Below are positions 1 through 10,567 of a stretch of DNA of 64,000 nt, piece after piece. The notes under the pieces were generated by a model. The model ran no database searches. It saw only the letters and a list, made by a program, of their open reading frames with translations, and was not told the origin of the DNA. The stretch's first letter is position 1. Each line of letters begins with the position of its first letter. The position numbers and the translations under genes are program-made. Source of the stretch: Bacteroidia bacterium (GTDB lineage Bacteria > Bacteroidota > Bacteroidia > NS11-12g > UBA9320); assembly GCA_965216465.1 (NCBI GenBank), contig CBDCFW010000004.1, positions 192,001 through 256,000 of the forward strand, given 5' to 3'.

Positions 1-1
1 A

Positions 2-76
2 AATAAATTGAGAAATGCAGACCACCACCGTAATTAAAGCAGTGGCAATCAGTAGGATGAAGTTTTGGTTTTTCAA
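2..76 (-). CDS. 5' end of a CDS running off the window (MKNQNFILLIATALITVVVCISQFI...), signal peptide or TM-like start
   Basis: TTG at 76, 6 nt after the stop of the C25 gene; frame open to the window edge; hydrophobic N-terminus. Confidence 0.5.
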   Translation of the reverse strand, partial: MKNQNFILLIATALITVVVCISQFI

Positions 77-82
77 GATGAA

Positions 83-3000
83 TTATCTCATCAAATATAT
101 CTTACCAATACCTTGTTGGAAGAATTCGTCGCCATCTGTTTCAAAATGATTCAGGTCTTTGCCATCAATTTTGGCTACAACCTTGTAAAGGTAGACACCG
201 TTTGCCAGTTGATCTCCAAATTGATCCGTTCCGTCCCAAGTAAAGTCAGATATGTTGTTTCCAATTCTAATCTGTCCTAGTTCTTCCTTTGTAATTTCAC
301 GAACGACTTTACCGGTTACTGTCATAATTTGAATTTTAAGATAGTCAGGTACTTGCTCACCAGTTAAGGTGTAAACAAATCGCATTGAAGTTGTAAATGG
401 ATTAGGGTAGGGGTAGATGTTAGAAAGCGATGCTTCTCGAATAACTTTGAAATGGATCTGGTACTTCAACTCACTAGATTCGTTACCAGATGCATCTTTA
501 ACAACAACAGTTAACAGATAATCACCTGATGCCAGATCGTTTGCATAATATTCCATAACAGCTTTTTCTCCTGGCTTAGTTCCTGGGAAAAATGCTACCT
601 GGCTCAATTGGTTTGTTATGGTGTCGGTTTGACCATTTGGCTTCAAGATGGTCACATCGAAAGCTGACGGATCGTCAATGAATAAAAACTCATTATCGTC
701 AAGAACAGACATGGTTATAACCGTATTTGGTGATACGATGTCGTAATCTAAGATGTGATTTCCATCAAACACAACATCAAGCAGTGGGTTCTTCTCATCG
801 TTCAACACAATATATTTCAAATCAATCACATTGTTTTCTAAACTTAATTCAGGTTGCTCGTAATCTGGATTTACAAACACTGTTAATCGGTTTAGTCCAC
901 TTAATCCGCGGGTAGAAATAGTGTAGTTAAAGATAACAGAATCTTGAGGAGCAAGAGGTTGATAATACCTCAATTCAACCGTATCGTTGGTGTTGTTTGG
1001 CTTTCTGTTTAATGTTAACACTCTTATACTATCCATATCATAAGGAGATATGTTTTGATAGGCAATCGTAAACGATATGGAATCTCCTTCTTGAATAGTG
1101 TCGTGACTTTGCTCAAAAGCGATATTGGGGTCAATTGTTCCTTCTGGAACTCCTTCGTATAGAAGCGTCCATCGATCTTGTTCTGCAGGAGTTCTTCCGT
1201 CTACGTCTCCATAAAATCCTCTGATTTTCAAGTAAGGGTAAACATTGGCGTCTACTGATGATAGATCTAACGTTTTTGCAGTTACTTTAGTAAACAGTGG
1301 TATTTCGTAGTTGTTTCGGTCAATTCCAAAAATGTCGTAATGAAGGGTGTCAGTGTCATAGTCAAACTCATTGTGTAGGGTGTAGTAGAATTGTTGCCAG
1401 CTAGATGATGGTCCAATTTTTTGAGAGGCTAAGTATCCACTCTCTGCAATTGGGAACAATACAATTGAGAATTCTAAGAGTTGGTCTTTAGGATCCGTAG
1501 TAGAGTTGTAGTTGGCAATAAGTTCTGTTCCTTCACCTGGAGCATATCCTTTTTTGCCAAGAAGACCGTATGGGTCTCCATCGTTGACATTCCTTGCTTC
1601 TAATCCGCCATACATTTCAAGAGCCTGGAAAACAGTGTCTTCCCATTGGTCAATATCTGTATATCCCGAGGTGTAAATAAACATATTAAATCCGTCAGGA
1701 ACGCGGTGCATGTAATCTACAAAAGAATCTCGGTGTTCTTTGTTTCTCATATCGAACCAATAAGCACCACTGAATTTTCCGGTAACATATTCTGGTACTC
1801 CCCATGTTTTGGTGCCAAAACGCTTGTTAAATCGACTTGAGTCACTAAAACGGTCCAACCTATCAGGGTCTACAGCAACCGCTGCAAGACCGTTGATCAA
1901 GAATCCAGGGTAGTAGTAATTCGGTTCGATACGAATTCCTTTTTTTGTAGGAGGGATGTTTGCTCCTCCAGCATATATGGTGTACTTGTCTGATATCGTT
2001 CTCAAGAATTCTAAATCTCGAGTATCTTCATTCATGTGAATTCGTGTTCCTTCACTCTCGGAGAGTTTGGTGTAGTAACCTTGTGACCAGCCAGGAGCAC
2101 TTTGGTAGATGAAAGAAAATGTTCCATTCTCCCATAGTCCACCTTGATCTAAAGGTTTATTGAATCGTGCTCTCCAGAAGAAATCTGTACTGTCAAATGG
2201 AGGCAACACAAACTTGTGACTAATAATGTTGCTTCCTACAACAAGACCAGACTGTTGTAAGTTTGGACTGTTAAATAAAGGTGTGGTGTCTAGCTCAAAA
2301 TATACTTCATCATTTTCCGAAAGCATATTGGTGTTTTGAACTTGCAACAGGACCTCAGCGTTTGAAACAATGGCATCTTTAGTAGGACTTAGAACAGCCA
2401 AACGATTAGATGGCATGAAATAGGCGAATGTAGTCGTATTGTTGATCTCTCCTACAGGAGGAAGTTCGTCTATGCTGTCACCGTTATCAACAGTAATTGT
2501 AAAAGTATTAAACCCATTACTGTATTTGGTGGTAGGAATCCAAAAACGGATATTCTTAGATGAATGAATCTGGCCAAATTTCTTTGGACCAAAAGTATCT
2601 CTTACGTCGTTGGCATATTTTACTTCAACCATAAATTCTGGAGTGTCAGAGGTAGCCATCCCTAGGTTGATAACATTGAGGTCAAGGGCAAATGAATCAT
2701 CTTCTGCATTTGCATCGATAGGAAATACAGAAATGCCATTGTCAAAAGTGTAATCTGGCTTGGTGGGCGAGAAAATTTTAATTGCTGGATCTCCATGGTA
2801 TACCATCTGTCGGCATTGTGACCTATTGAATGGATCTAAAGGATTTTGGTAATCTGCCATGGTGTAACTGATATTTTTACCAATTGATTCACCATAGTGC
2901 TCATCAAGCATGTTGGTGTAGAATTTGGAAGTCCAACTGTACAACTCATTGATAAAACCAAATGCAGAACTCGCTATCCAAGCAATTCCCCCTTTATCTT

Positions 3001-5041
3001 TTTCAAGCAAGAATTCTTCTGGAAGCGAAAACTCTTCAAAGCTATTTCCGAGTGTACAACCGTTAAAAACAAACAGCGGATATTGACCATAGTTGTCAAG
3101 ATGTCTCGCTCGACCCATATCGACTTCCAATGCTTGAGAAGCTCCATGACCAAAGTAACTTACTATGCTCACTCCATCGTTTATAATAGCTTGAATATCT
3201 GATGTCAATGATGAATCTATCGCAACAGCCTCAGACTTGGTAATTTTCTTTCTACTTCCACCATATTTCTGACCTTTTATAATCTCAAAATAGTGGTTCT
3301 GATAGCCTTCAAGCAGCAATTGCTCTTTCGCTCCAGCTCCACCGGTTAGTTGAAGTACCGTTTTTGATGTATTTCCATACTGTTCGTGAACTTTTAACTT
3401 GTCGAGGTAATTGACTACCTCTTCATTTTTCCTCGCTGGCACACGGCCTATAGCCATTTGTGGAACTAAGTTGTTAGGCGTATAATCCGTTACAAAAATG
3501 TAGTCTGTTGGCGGATTTCCCCAAGTTGGAACAAGGTCTTCGTAGGTTCGTTTCGTGTAATCGTAACGCGTTTTGAAATAGCTTTGACCTTTACCTAAAA
3601 GCAATACATATTCTGGAGGTGTTCCTTGTTGATCAAAAATACTTCTACAGAAATTTCGAATTGCCATTGGATGGTGGTATCCAAAATAGTATTCGTTGTA
3701 TAAGTCTGAACTGTATACGGTTAATACATTGTGAGAACCTCCTGCTACACTAGATCGATAATCGGCATATTCTTGTGCACCAGTTGCAAGCAGCTTGTTA
3801 GTTATGATAATGTAATCGTAAGTAGTATTGTCAAGGTCGTAATCATTAAATATTACTTCCTGAATATTGCTGGCATCAACCACAACTTTAGCAGCTTCAT
3901 CAGCAATAAACAACTCTTTAATCCCGGGGTCTGCACAATTGAAAACCAGATTGTTACTTACAATATCACCCTTAATGCGAAGTTTGTTGGTACGGTCAAA
4001 GATGTACGGGTCGTTTCCGTTGAAGTTTGTAAATTCAAAGTAGGTGTTGTTTCCGGTATACTTCCAGCCAAATGTTCCTTGGTTGTTCATGTCAAGGTGG
4101 CGAGGATAGTCAATTCGAATATACGATGTGGCATGACGTGCTTTCGTTAAATACACGGAAGCAAAATCAAAAACAGTGTTTGGATTACCAATTAGCGATG
4201 GGTCTAAAGTTCCTGAGTCTATAAGTCGTGTGTAACCAAAGTGCTTTTTAGAGTATATAAGCGTATTGGCAACCGTAACTTGTATTTCATGATTTATGCC
4301 ATTAACTACTGCTCCTTGCCCAGTTGGATTAGATTTTCCATATACACTAAACTCATATTTCGGAGTTGGTCCAGATTGGTCATATAGTTCAGTAGAAACA
4401 GGTAATAATCGGTTACGAGTTGTAGCAATATATTGCGAAAACCATCCTTCACCTTCGGTATATTCTGAATAATATCCAGGTGATGAGTATGGACTTCCAT
4501 CATAATATTCTTCAATAACTCCAGGCCCGTACCATTTAGGTGAGCTGTACCATATCCACGAGTCGCTTGTTTTTCCAGTGTAATCCGAATTGTAAAAGTC
4601 GGTAATTCGTTTTCCTGGCGTAGATGTTGTCCAAGTCAAAAAGTAATTGCTTGTATCAGTATACAAGCTCATGTATTTGTGGGGTTGGTCTTGAGGATTG
4701 AGGTAAAGAATTTCATCAAGTGTACCATCATTGTACTGGCCATAGAACTCAATAAAATCAGAAGCGTCAAAAGTGTTATCAGCTTGACCGCTTACATAAA
4801 TATGCTGTTCTTCTCCGTTAAGAAAGATTTGAATGTTTTTTGGGTTGATAGAGGCAAGCGGAACTCCAGCCGAGATTAAGGCAGCATGATCTAGCTTGTA
4901 AATTCCATTAGAGCCAACTTCAATTTTGTAGTAGCTTTGGTTGAAGTTTATCCAGTCTTGTCCATGTTGACCAAAAGAGGCAACAGAAGTCAAAACTCCA
5001 ATCAAAACAAGTAGTAGGTAAGAATGATTTCGTAATTTCAT
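83..5041 (-). CDS. Peptidase C25 (gingipain/PorU-like) protein, 1652 aa, with signal peptide and T9SS-type C-terminal domain (PorU paralog)
   Basis: YYKIEVGSNGIYK start like PorU; YVLLLGK, MAIGRVP, SYFGHG (His) and FNGC (Cys) C25 motifs; C-terminal YPYPNPF...WDGTDQFGDQLANGVYLYK. Confidence 0.85.
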   Translation of the reverse strand: MKLRNHSYLLLVLIGVLTSVASFGQHGQDWINFNQSYYKIEVGSNGIYKLDHAALISAGVPLASINPKNIQIFLNGEEQHIYVSGQADNTFDASDFIEFYGQYNDGTLDEILYLNPQDQPHKYMSLYTDTSNYFLTWTTSTPGKRITDFYNSDYTGKTSDSWIWYSSPKWYGPGVIEEYYDGSPYSSPGYYSEYTEGEGWFSQYIATTRNRLLPVSTELYDQSGPTPKYEFSVYGKSNPTGQGAVVNGINHEIQVTVANTLIYSKKHFGYTRLIDSGTLDPSLIGNPNTVFDFASVYLTKARHATSYIRIDYPRHLDMNNQGTFGWKYTGNNTYFEFTNFNGNDPYIFDRTNKLRIKGDIVSNNLVFNCADPGIKELFIADEAAKVVVDASNIQEVIFNDYDLDNTTYDYIIITNKLLATGAQEYADYRSSVAGGSHNVLTVYSSDLYNEYYFGYHHPMAIRNFCRSIFDQQGTPPEYVLLLGKGQSYFKTRYDYTKRTYEDLVPTWGNPPTDYIFVTDYTPNNLVPQMAIGRVPARKNEEVVNYLDKLKVHEQYGNTSKTVLQLTGGAGAKEQLLLEGYQNHYFEIIKGQKYGGSRKKITKSEAVAIDSSLTSDIQAIINDGVSIVSYFGHGASQALEVDMGRARHLDNYGQYPLFVFNGCTLGNSFEEFSLPEEFLLEKDKGGIAWIASSAFGFINELYSWTSKFYTNMLDEHYGESIGKNISYTMADYQNPLDPFNRSQCRQMVYHGDPAIKIFSPTKPDYTFDNGISVFPIDANAEDDSFALDLNVINLGMATSDTPEFMVEVKYANDVRDTFGPKKFGQIHSSKNIRFWIPTTKYSNGFNTFTITVDNGDSIDELPPVGEINNTTTFAYFMPSNRLAVLSPTKDAIVSNAEVLLQVQNTNMLSENDEVYFELDTTPLFNSPNLQQSGLVVGSNIISHKFVLPPFDSTDFFWRARFNKPLDQGGLWENGTFSFIYQSAPGWSQGYYTKLSESEGTRIHMNEDTRDLEFLRTISDKYTIYAGGANIPPTKKGIRIEPNYYYPGFLINGLAAVAVDPDRLDRFSDSSRFNKRFGTKTWGVPEYVTGKFSGAYWFDMRNKEHRDSFVDYMHRVPDGFNMFIYTSGYTDIDQWEDTVFQALEMYGGLEARNVNDGDPYGLLGKKGYAPGEGTELIANYNSTTDPKDQLLEFSIVLFPIAESGYLASQKIGPSSSWQQFYYTLHNEFDYDTDTLHYDIFGIDRNNYEIPLFTKVTAKTLDLSSVDANVYPYLKIRGFYGDVDGRTPAEQDRWTLLYEGVPEGTIDPNIAFEQSHDTIQEGDSISFTIAYQNISPYDMDSIRVLTLNRKPNNTNDTVELRYYQPLAPQDSVIFNYTISTRGLSGLNRLTVFVNPDYEQPELSLENNVIDLKYIVLNDEKNPLLDVVFDGNHILDYDIVSPNTVITMSVLDDNEFLFIDDPSAFDVTILKPNGQTDTITNQLSQVAFFPGTKPGEKAVMEYYANDLASGDYLLTVVVKDASGNESSELKYQIHFKVIREASLSNIYPYPNPFTTSMRFVYTLTGEQVPDYLKIQIMTVTGKVVREITKEELGQIRIGNNISDFTWDGTDQFGDQLANGVYLYKVVAKIDGKDLNHFETDGDEFFQQGIGKIYLMR

Positions 5042-5176
5042 GACAACAATCCAATTTCAAAGATATTGCTATACAGCCATTAATACGTCGCGATATTGTC
5101 AATTATTACCACCACCTGTATATTTTTTCAGAAAATTTTTTCCTATTCTGGGAATATTTAACTTCGCACAGTAACA

Positions 5177-5866
5177 ATGAGTAAAGTAGTAAAGAACGCA
5201 CAAGAGGCAATTAGAGGCATAGAAGATGGTATGACTTTGATGCTCGGAGGCTTTGGTTTATGCGGTATTCCGGAGAATTCAATCAAGGCTTTAGTTGATG
5301 CTAAAGTCAAAAATTTAACATGTATTTCTAACAATGCTGGAGTCGATGATTTTGGGATAGGATTAATGCTTCAAGGAAGACAAGTTAAGAAGATGATATC
5401 TTCCTATGTGGGTGAAAATGCTGAATTCGAGCGACAATTACTTAGTGGCGAGCTTGAAGTTGAGTTAATTCCTCAAGGTACTTTGGCTGAAAGATGCCGT
5501 GCTGCAGGTGCTGGAATTCCAGCCTTTTATACTCCAGCAGGTTATGGTACTGAAGTTGCTGAAGGAAAAGAAGTTCGCGAGTTTGACGGCAAGATGTATA
5601 TTCAAGAATTTGCATTTAAACCAGATTTTGCCATTGTTAAAGCTTGGAAAGGTGATACCGACGGTAATCTAATCTTCAAAGCCACGGCGCGAAACTTTAA
5701 TCCACTCATGGCTACTGCAGGTAAAATTACAATCGCTGAAGTTGAAGAATTGGTAGAACCTGGCGAATTAGACCCAAATTTTATTCATACACCTTCAATT
5801 TTTGTGAATAGAATATTTCAAGGTACAGATTACGAAAAGAGAATTGAGCAAAGAACAACACGATAA
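5177..5866 (+). CDS. scoA: 3-oxoacid CoA-transferase subunit A
   Basis: [28 protein letters not shown] motifs. Confidence 0.95.
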   Translation: MSKVVKNAQEAIRGIEDGMTLMLGGFGLCGIPENSIKALVDAKVKNLTCISNNAGVDDFGIGLMLQGRQVKKMISSYVGENAEFERQLLSGELEVELIPQGTLAERCRAAGAGIPAFYTPAGYGTEVAEGKEVREFDGKMYIQEFAFKPDFAIVKAWKGDTDGNLIFKATARNFNPLMATAGKITIAEVEELVEPGELDPNFIHTPSIFVNRIFQGTDYEKRIEQRTTR

Positions 5867-6519
5867 TGTTAGATAAATTTGGTATAGCGAAAAGAATCGC
5901 AAAGGAGCTTAAAGATGGTTACTATGTTAATCTTGGTATAGGCATTCCTACTTTGGTAGCAAACTATATTCCTGAAGGTGTAAGTGTAACGCTTCAATCT
6001 GAAAATGGACTCTTAGGCATGGGGCCTTTTCCTACTGAAGATGAAGTTGACGCAGACTTGATAAATGCGGGTAAACAAACCGTAACTACATTGCCCGGAT
6101 CTGTGTTTTTTGACAGTGCTACTAGCTTCGGAATGATTCGAAGTGGCCGGGTTGATCTAACTGTGCTTGGTGCCATGGAGGTAAACGACAAAGGAGATAT
6201 AGCCAATTGGAAAATTCCAGGTAAAATGGTGAAAGGAATGGGAGGGGCTATGGATCTTGTTGCTTCTGCTCAAAACATCATCGTAGCTATGAATCACACA
6301 AACAGAGCTGGAGATTCTAAATTGTTAGATGAGCTTAGTCTTCCAATAACGGGCTTAGGTTGTGTTAAAAAAGTAGTTTCTAACCTGGGTGTATTCGATA
6401 TTACTGACCAAGGATTTGTTTTAAGAGAGCTTGCTCCGGGAGTTACTCTCGACCAAGTAAAGCAAAGTACCAAGGGACGATTATCTATTCCAGATGACTT
6501 CATTCAAATGGAAGAATAA
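5866..6519 (+). CDS. scoB: 3-oxoacid CoA-transferase subunit B
   Basis: VNLGIGIPT, LQSENG (catalytic Glu), GMGGAMDLV; TAATG overlap with scoA. Confidence 0.95.
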   Translation: MLDKFGIAKRIAKELKDGYYVNLGIGIPTLVANYIPEGVSVTLQSENGLLGMGPFPTEDEVDADLINAGKQTVTTLPGSVFFDSATSFGMIRSGRVDLTVLGAMEVNDKGDIANWKIPGKMVKGMGGAMDLVASAQNIIVAMNHTNRAGDSKLLDELSLPITGLGCVKKVVSNLGVFDITDQGFVLRELAPGVTLDQVKQSTKGRLSIPDDFIQMEE

Positions 6520-6580
6520 TAAGGATTAAAAAATGTTAATTCAATCTTGACTACTTATCATTTTATTTCTTGATAAATAG

Positions 6581-6588
6581 TACCTTTG
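6581..6588 (+). promoter_or_regulatory. Bacteroidota sigma70 -7 element (TACCTTTG) for mdh
   Basis: Matches TAnnTTTG 26 nt upstream of the ATG. Confidence 0.7.
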
Positions 6589-6614
6589 CACCTCTTAAAA
6601 TTAAACAATAGAAA

Positions 6615-7538
6615 ATGAAAGTAACAGTTGTTGGAGCCGGTGCAGTAGGTGCGAGTTGTGCCGAATACATCGCAATTAAAAATTTCGCAGACGAAGTAGT
6701 TCTTGTAGACATTAAAGAAGGATATGCCGAAGGTAAAGCAATGGACCTGATGCAAACTTCTTCATTAAATGGTTTTGACACCTTAATTACAGGTGCTACT
6801 AACGATTATTCTAAAACTGCAGGAAGTGATGTTGCTGTTATAACAAGCGGTATTCCTAGGAAACCAGGTATGACTCGTGAAGAGCTTATCGGAATTAATG
6901 CAGGTATCGTTAAAACTGTTTCAAATAGTATTCTTGAGCATTCTCCAAATGCAATCATCATCGTAGTAAGTAACCCTATGGATACTATGGCGTACTTGGT
7001 ACACAAAGCAACGGGACTTCCAAAAAATAGAATTATTGGAATGGGCGGTGCTTTAGATAGTGCACGATTCAAATATAGATTAGCAGAAGCCCTAGATTGT
7101 CCTACTTCTGATGTAGACGGAATGGTAATTGGTGGACACAGTGATAAAGGAATGGTTCCTTTGATTGCAAAAGCTACAAGAAATAGTGTAAGTGTTTCTG
7201 AGTATTTAAGTGCTGATAGAATGCAACAAATTGTTGAAGATACTAAAGTAGGTGGAGCAACACTTACAGGTCTTTTAGGAACAAGTGCATGGTATGCACC
7301 AGGTGCGGCAGTTTCTGAGTTGGTTAAAGCGATTGCTCTTGACTCTAAGAAAATGTTCCCTTGCTCAGCAATGTTAGACGGAGAATATGGTTTGAGTGAT
7401 ATTTCAATAGGTGTCCCTTGTATTCTTGGAAAAAATGGAATCGAAAGAATTGTAGAAGTATCTCTTTCTGATGCTGAAAAAGCAAAGCTTGTAGAAAGTG
7501 CTGAAGGCGTTTCAAAAACAAACACCTTGCTAGACTAA
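6615..7538 (+). CDS. mdh: Malate dehydrogenase (LDH-like)
   Basis: GAGAVG Rossmann motif, PRKPGMTR substrate loop, SNPMD, LDSAR, GGHSD. Confidence 0.95.
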   Translation: MKVTVVGAGAVGASCAEYIAIKNFADEVVLVDIKEGYAEGKAMDLMQTSSLNGFDTLITGATNDYSKTAGSDVAVITSGIPRKPGMTREELIGINAGIVKTVSNSILEHSPNAIIIVVSNPMDTMAYLVHKATGLPKNRIIGMGGALDSARFKYRLAEALDCPTSDVDGMVIGGHSDKGMVPLIAKATRNSVSVSEYLSADRMQQIVEDTKVGGATLTGLLGTSAWYAPGAAVSELVKAIALDSKKMFPCSAMLDGEYGLSDISIGVPCILGKNGIERIVEVSLSDAEKAKLVESAEGVSKTNTLLD

Positions 7539-7560
7539 GCAATAAATATTTTAAAATATA

Positions 7561-7591
7561 AAAAGGTCAGCTTCTTAGAAGTTGACCTTTT
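7561..7591. terminator. Bidirectional intrinsic terminator between convergent mdh and GT2
   Basis: aaaaggtcagcttc-tta-gaagttgacctttt hairpin with A/T tails on both sides. Confidence 0.75.
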
Positions 7592-8423
7592 CTTTTATAT
7601 GAAAGGCTTCTTTTTGACGCCATTTCACTTTAAATGTGACTATCAGAAGAAGGAGTGCCAGTAAGATTACAAAAAGTGCGATCAATAGCTTGCCCTCAAC
7701 AATCAGTAAAATATTAAAGGCAAGGAGAAGTCCTGCACTTAGTTCTCCAAAAAGAGAAGCTGAGAATAAAAATTGAAACCAAATTCTCGCTAGACTAATT
7801 AGATTGTAGTTGCTCTGCCCATACTTTCTAGAATTCTGCCCTACTTTGATATAAGTGTTTGGCTGAATTTGTTTCTTCAATAGTCCATCTACAATAAAGT
7901 GATAAGAATTAGTTGACTTTAATTCTTTTAGACTGTCTTGACGTACAATTCGAAATGAGCTAAGCTTGGTAGAAAGTCCACAAAAGCTATATACCAGATA
8001 CTTTGCAAATTTGGCTAATGACTTGATTGGTCCTGACCGTTGTTGCTTCTCTGCGTAACCATATATCAGCTTAATATTCGTTTTTTCAATGGCGAAAAGC
8101 AGCGTATGAATGTCTTCTGGATTGTACTCCAAATCATCGTCGATGGTAACAACATATTCACCTTTTGATTGTATTAGACCACATAATGTTGCTGCTTGTT
8201 GGCCATAATTACGGTCTAGGTCTATTGCCTTGAGATATGCATGCTCTATGCACAGCTTTTTTAATTCATTTAAACTTTGGTCTTTACTTCCATCGTTTAC
8301 TGCAATAATCTCGTAAGTGACTTCCTCTTTTTGGCAAAACGCACCTATTCTATCAGTTAATTCAGCAAGAGACTTCTCACTGTTGTAAACTGGAATAATT
8401 ATGCTTAGATATGGTGGTTTCAC
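7575..8423 (-). CDS. Glycosyltransferase family 2 (ArnC/GtrB-like, C-terminal TM helices)
   Basis: SIIIPVYN, VNDGSKD, RNYGQQAA, TIDDDLEY; likely GTG start at 8423 rather than 8510, which overlaps the divergent gene. Confidence 0.85.
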   Translation of the reverse strand: MKPPYLSIIIPVYNSEKSLAELTDRIGAFCQKEEVTYEIIAVNDGSKDQSLNELKKLCIEHAYLKAIDLDRNYGQQAATLCGLIQSKGEYVVTIDDDLEYNPEDIHTLLFAIEKTNIKLIYGYAEKQQRSGPIKSLAKFAKYLVYSFCGLSTKLSSFRIVRQDSLKELKSTNSYHFIVDGLLKKQIQPNTYIKVGQNSRKYGQSNYNLISLARIWFQFLFSASLFGELSAGLLLAFNILLIVEGKLLIALFVILLALLLLIVTFKVKWRQKEAFHIKEKVNF

Positions 8424-8467
8424 ATCGCAAAGAAATATTAAAAAATTAGTTTTGCGGCTAGTTTTAA

Positions 8468-9316
8468 ATGACCGACAATAAAAAAGCAATTTATTACATG
8501 TTGGCCGCATCCTTTCTGTTTGCGATCATGAATATTATTGTCAAATATTTAGATGAAATACCGGTAGCACAAATCGTATTTATGCGTTCTTTTGTAATGA
8601 TGGCCATGGTTGCTGTTTTGCTCAAAAAACAGAAAGTGTCAGCTTTAGGAACGAACCGTAAACTGCTTGTGATGCGCGGTTTGTTTGGCACTCTCGGAAT
8701 AGCATTGTTCTTTTATACATTACATCAGATGCCACTTGCTTCAGCAGTCGTAATTCATTACCTAACACCCATTATAACGGTGTTGATCGCTGTAATTTTA
8801 ACCCGTCAAAACATTAGACCGATTCAATGGCTCTTCTTTTTAATGTGTTTTATAGGAGTAATGTTGGTAAAAGGTTTTGATGCACGAGTAGACACACTTC
8901 CTTTACTGCTGGGAGTTCTAGGAACAATTGGAGCGGCTTCAGCCTATAATATCATCAGCATACTTAAACGTACAGAACACCATCTTACCATCATGTTTTA
9001 TTTTCCTTTGGTGACGATTCCTTTGGTGTTAATATTCATTGGATTCACCGGAGATTGGGTGTGGACCACCAAACTTAACTGGATGTTGCTTACCGTTGTA
9101 GGCGTCTTAACCTATCTGGCTCAGTATTTCTTAACTCGAGCGTATCAAATAGGAGAGGTGAATAAGGTGTCGGTAATAAGCTATCTCGGAATCTTTTACG
9201 CTCTCGCTTTTGGTTACTTTCTATTCGATGAATGGTACAAACCAATTGTTCTTGGTGGGTTGTTTATGGTTGTAATTGGAGTGATCGGTAACATCGTTTA
9301 TCGACCAAAATCTTAG
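8468..9316 (+). CDS. DMT/EamA family transporter
   Basis: About 10 TM segments in two EamA-like repeats; QIVFMRS, RGLFG. Confidence 0.85.
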   Translation: MTDNKKAIYYMLAASFLFAIMNIIVKYLDEIPVAQIVFMRSFVMMAMVAVLLKKQKVSALGTNRKLLVMRGLFGTLGIALFFYTLHQMPLASAVVIHYLTPIITVLIAVILTRQNIRPIQWLFFLMCFIGVMLVKGFDARVDTLPLLLGVLGTIGAASAYNIISILKRTEHHLTIMFYFPLVTIPLVLIFIGFTGDWVWTTKLNWMLLTVVGVLTYLAQYFLTRAYQIGEVNKVSVISYLGIFYALAFGYFLFDEWYKPIVLGGLFMVVIGVIGNIVYRPKS

Positions 9317-10567
9317 TTACTTTCGAATTGCTACTACAGGGTCCATGCGTGCGGCTCTTAAAGCCGGAGCTAATCCCGCGACTAATCCAATGCAGATGGA
9401 AATAAACACTCCAAAAAGAAAAATATCTAAACTGTAGAAAATCTTGAAGTCGTATTGAAAATTGACAAAAACACCTCCAATAAAGGTTAGTAATATGCCT
9501 AAAAATGCCCCAACAAAGCAAAGCAGTACCGCTTCGAATAAAAATTGAGAGCGAATAAAACTTTTCTTCGCTCCGAGTGATTTTTGAAGTCCAATAATCG
9601 AAGTTCTTTCTTTAACAGAGACAAACATGATATTGGCGATTCCAAACCCTCCAACCAACAATGAAAAAATACCAATAATAATTCCGCCAATATTTAGGAG
9701 TGCAAAACTTTGGTCTAGTTGGTCGCTGAACATGGTTAGTTTATTGATGGCAAAGTTGTCATCGTCTTTTGGTCGCAGTTTACGCATTGAACGCATCAAA
9801 CGCTTGATTTCATAGGTGACCACTTTTAAATCTTGATCGTCGTAGCCCTTTATAATCAGTGCTGATGAAACGCCCATAGTATTGGGTTTGCCAAATCGTT
9901 CAGCATAAGCACCAGGAAGCATGACCAGGTCATCGTGTTGCTGGCCGCCAATGCCGTTTCCTTGAAAAGACAGAATTCCAATAATGGTAACTTTTGCACC
10001 GTTTACTTTAATACTCTTCCCTAATGGGTTTTGACCTTGAAATAGATTTCTAGCTACATTGTATCCAACAATGGCAACATTCTTTCCTTTTTGGTTTTCA
10101 AACGAATTGAACTCTCTACCGAATTCAACCTCCCACTTTGTAATATCGAAATAATCGCCTGTAACGCCAACAACCTTCACGTTGGTTAGCTCTTCAACAG
10201 TAGATTGAACTTTATTCCTACCAAATTCAAAATAAAAAGCCGACGATTTTATAATGTCTTTTTTACTTTCTCGATTAAATCGCTTGTATTCTTTTAGGGT
10301 AGTTTCAGGGCGATTGATATAATCCCACCACTCAAAATTTGAACTAAATACCCATGGCCATTTTTGAACATAAACAATTTTGTCACCAAGCTTATCAATG
10401 TTTGCTCGAATATTCTGTTCGAGTGAGTGCGTAGCAGTAAGAATAGCTACAATACAAAAGATCCCAATGGTTACTCCCAGAACAGATAAGAAGCTACGAA
10501 GCTTATGAGCCCTTAAAAATTTTAGGGTCAGTGTCATCGATTCATAAATGTGTGTTCTGAAATTCAC
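9317..10567 (-). CDS. ABC transporter permease, MacB/FtsX family
   Basis: KLRSFLSVLGVTIG, LLVGGFGIANIMFVSVKERT, QFLFEA, PALRAARMDPV. Confidence 0.9.
   Translation of the reverse strand: MNFRTHIYESMTLTLKFLRAHKLRSFLSVLGVTIGIFCIVAILTATHSLEQNIRANIDKLGDKIVYVQKWPWVFSSNFEWWDYINRPETTLKEYKRFNRESKKDIIKSSAFYFEFGRNKVQSTVEELTNVKVVGVTGDYFDITKWEVEFGREFNSFENQKGKNVAIVGYNVARNLFQGQNPLGKSIKVNGAKVTIIGILSFQGNGIGGQQHDDLVMLPGAYAERFGKPNTMGVSSALIIKGYDDQDLKVVTYEIKRLMRSMRKLRPKDDDNFAINKLTMFSDQLDQSFALLNIGGIIIGIFSLLVGGFGIANIMFVSVKERTSIIGLQKSLGAKKSFIRSQFLFEAVLLCFVGAFLGILLTFIGGVFVNFQYDFKIFYSLDIFLFGVFISICIGLVAGLAPALRAARMDPVVAIRK

Noticed and set aside
6806-7525. 239-aa antisense ORF over mdh, and similar shadow ORFs over dnaK, pntA, nhaD, tig and mreB
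   Set aside because: They mirror the codon bias of strongly conserved sense genes and show no recognisable protein features
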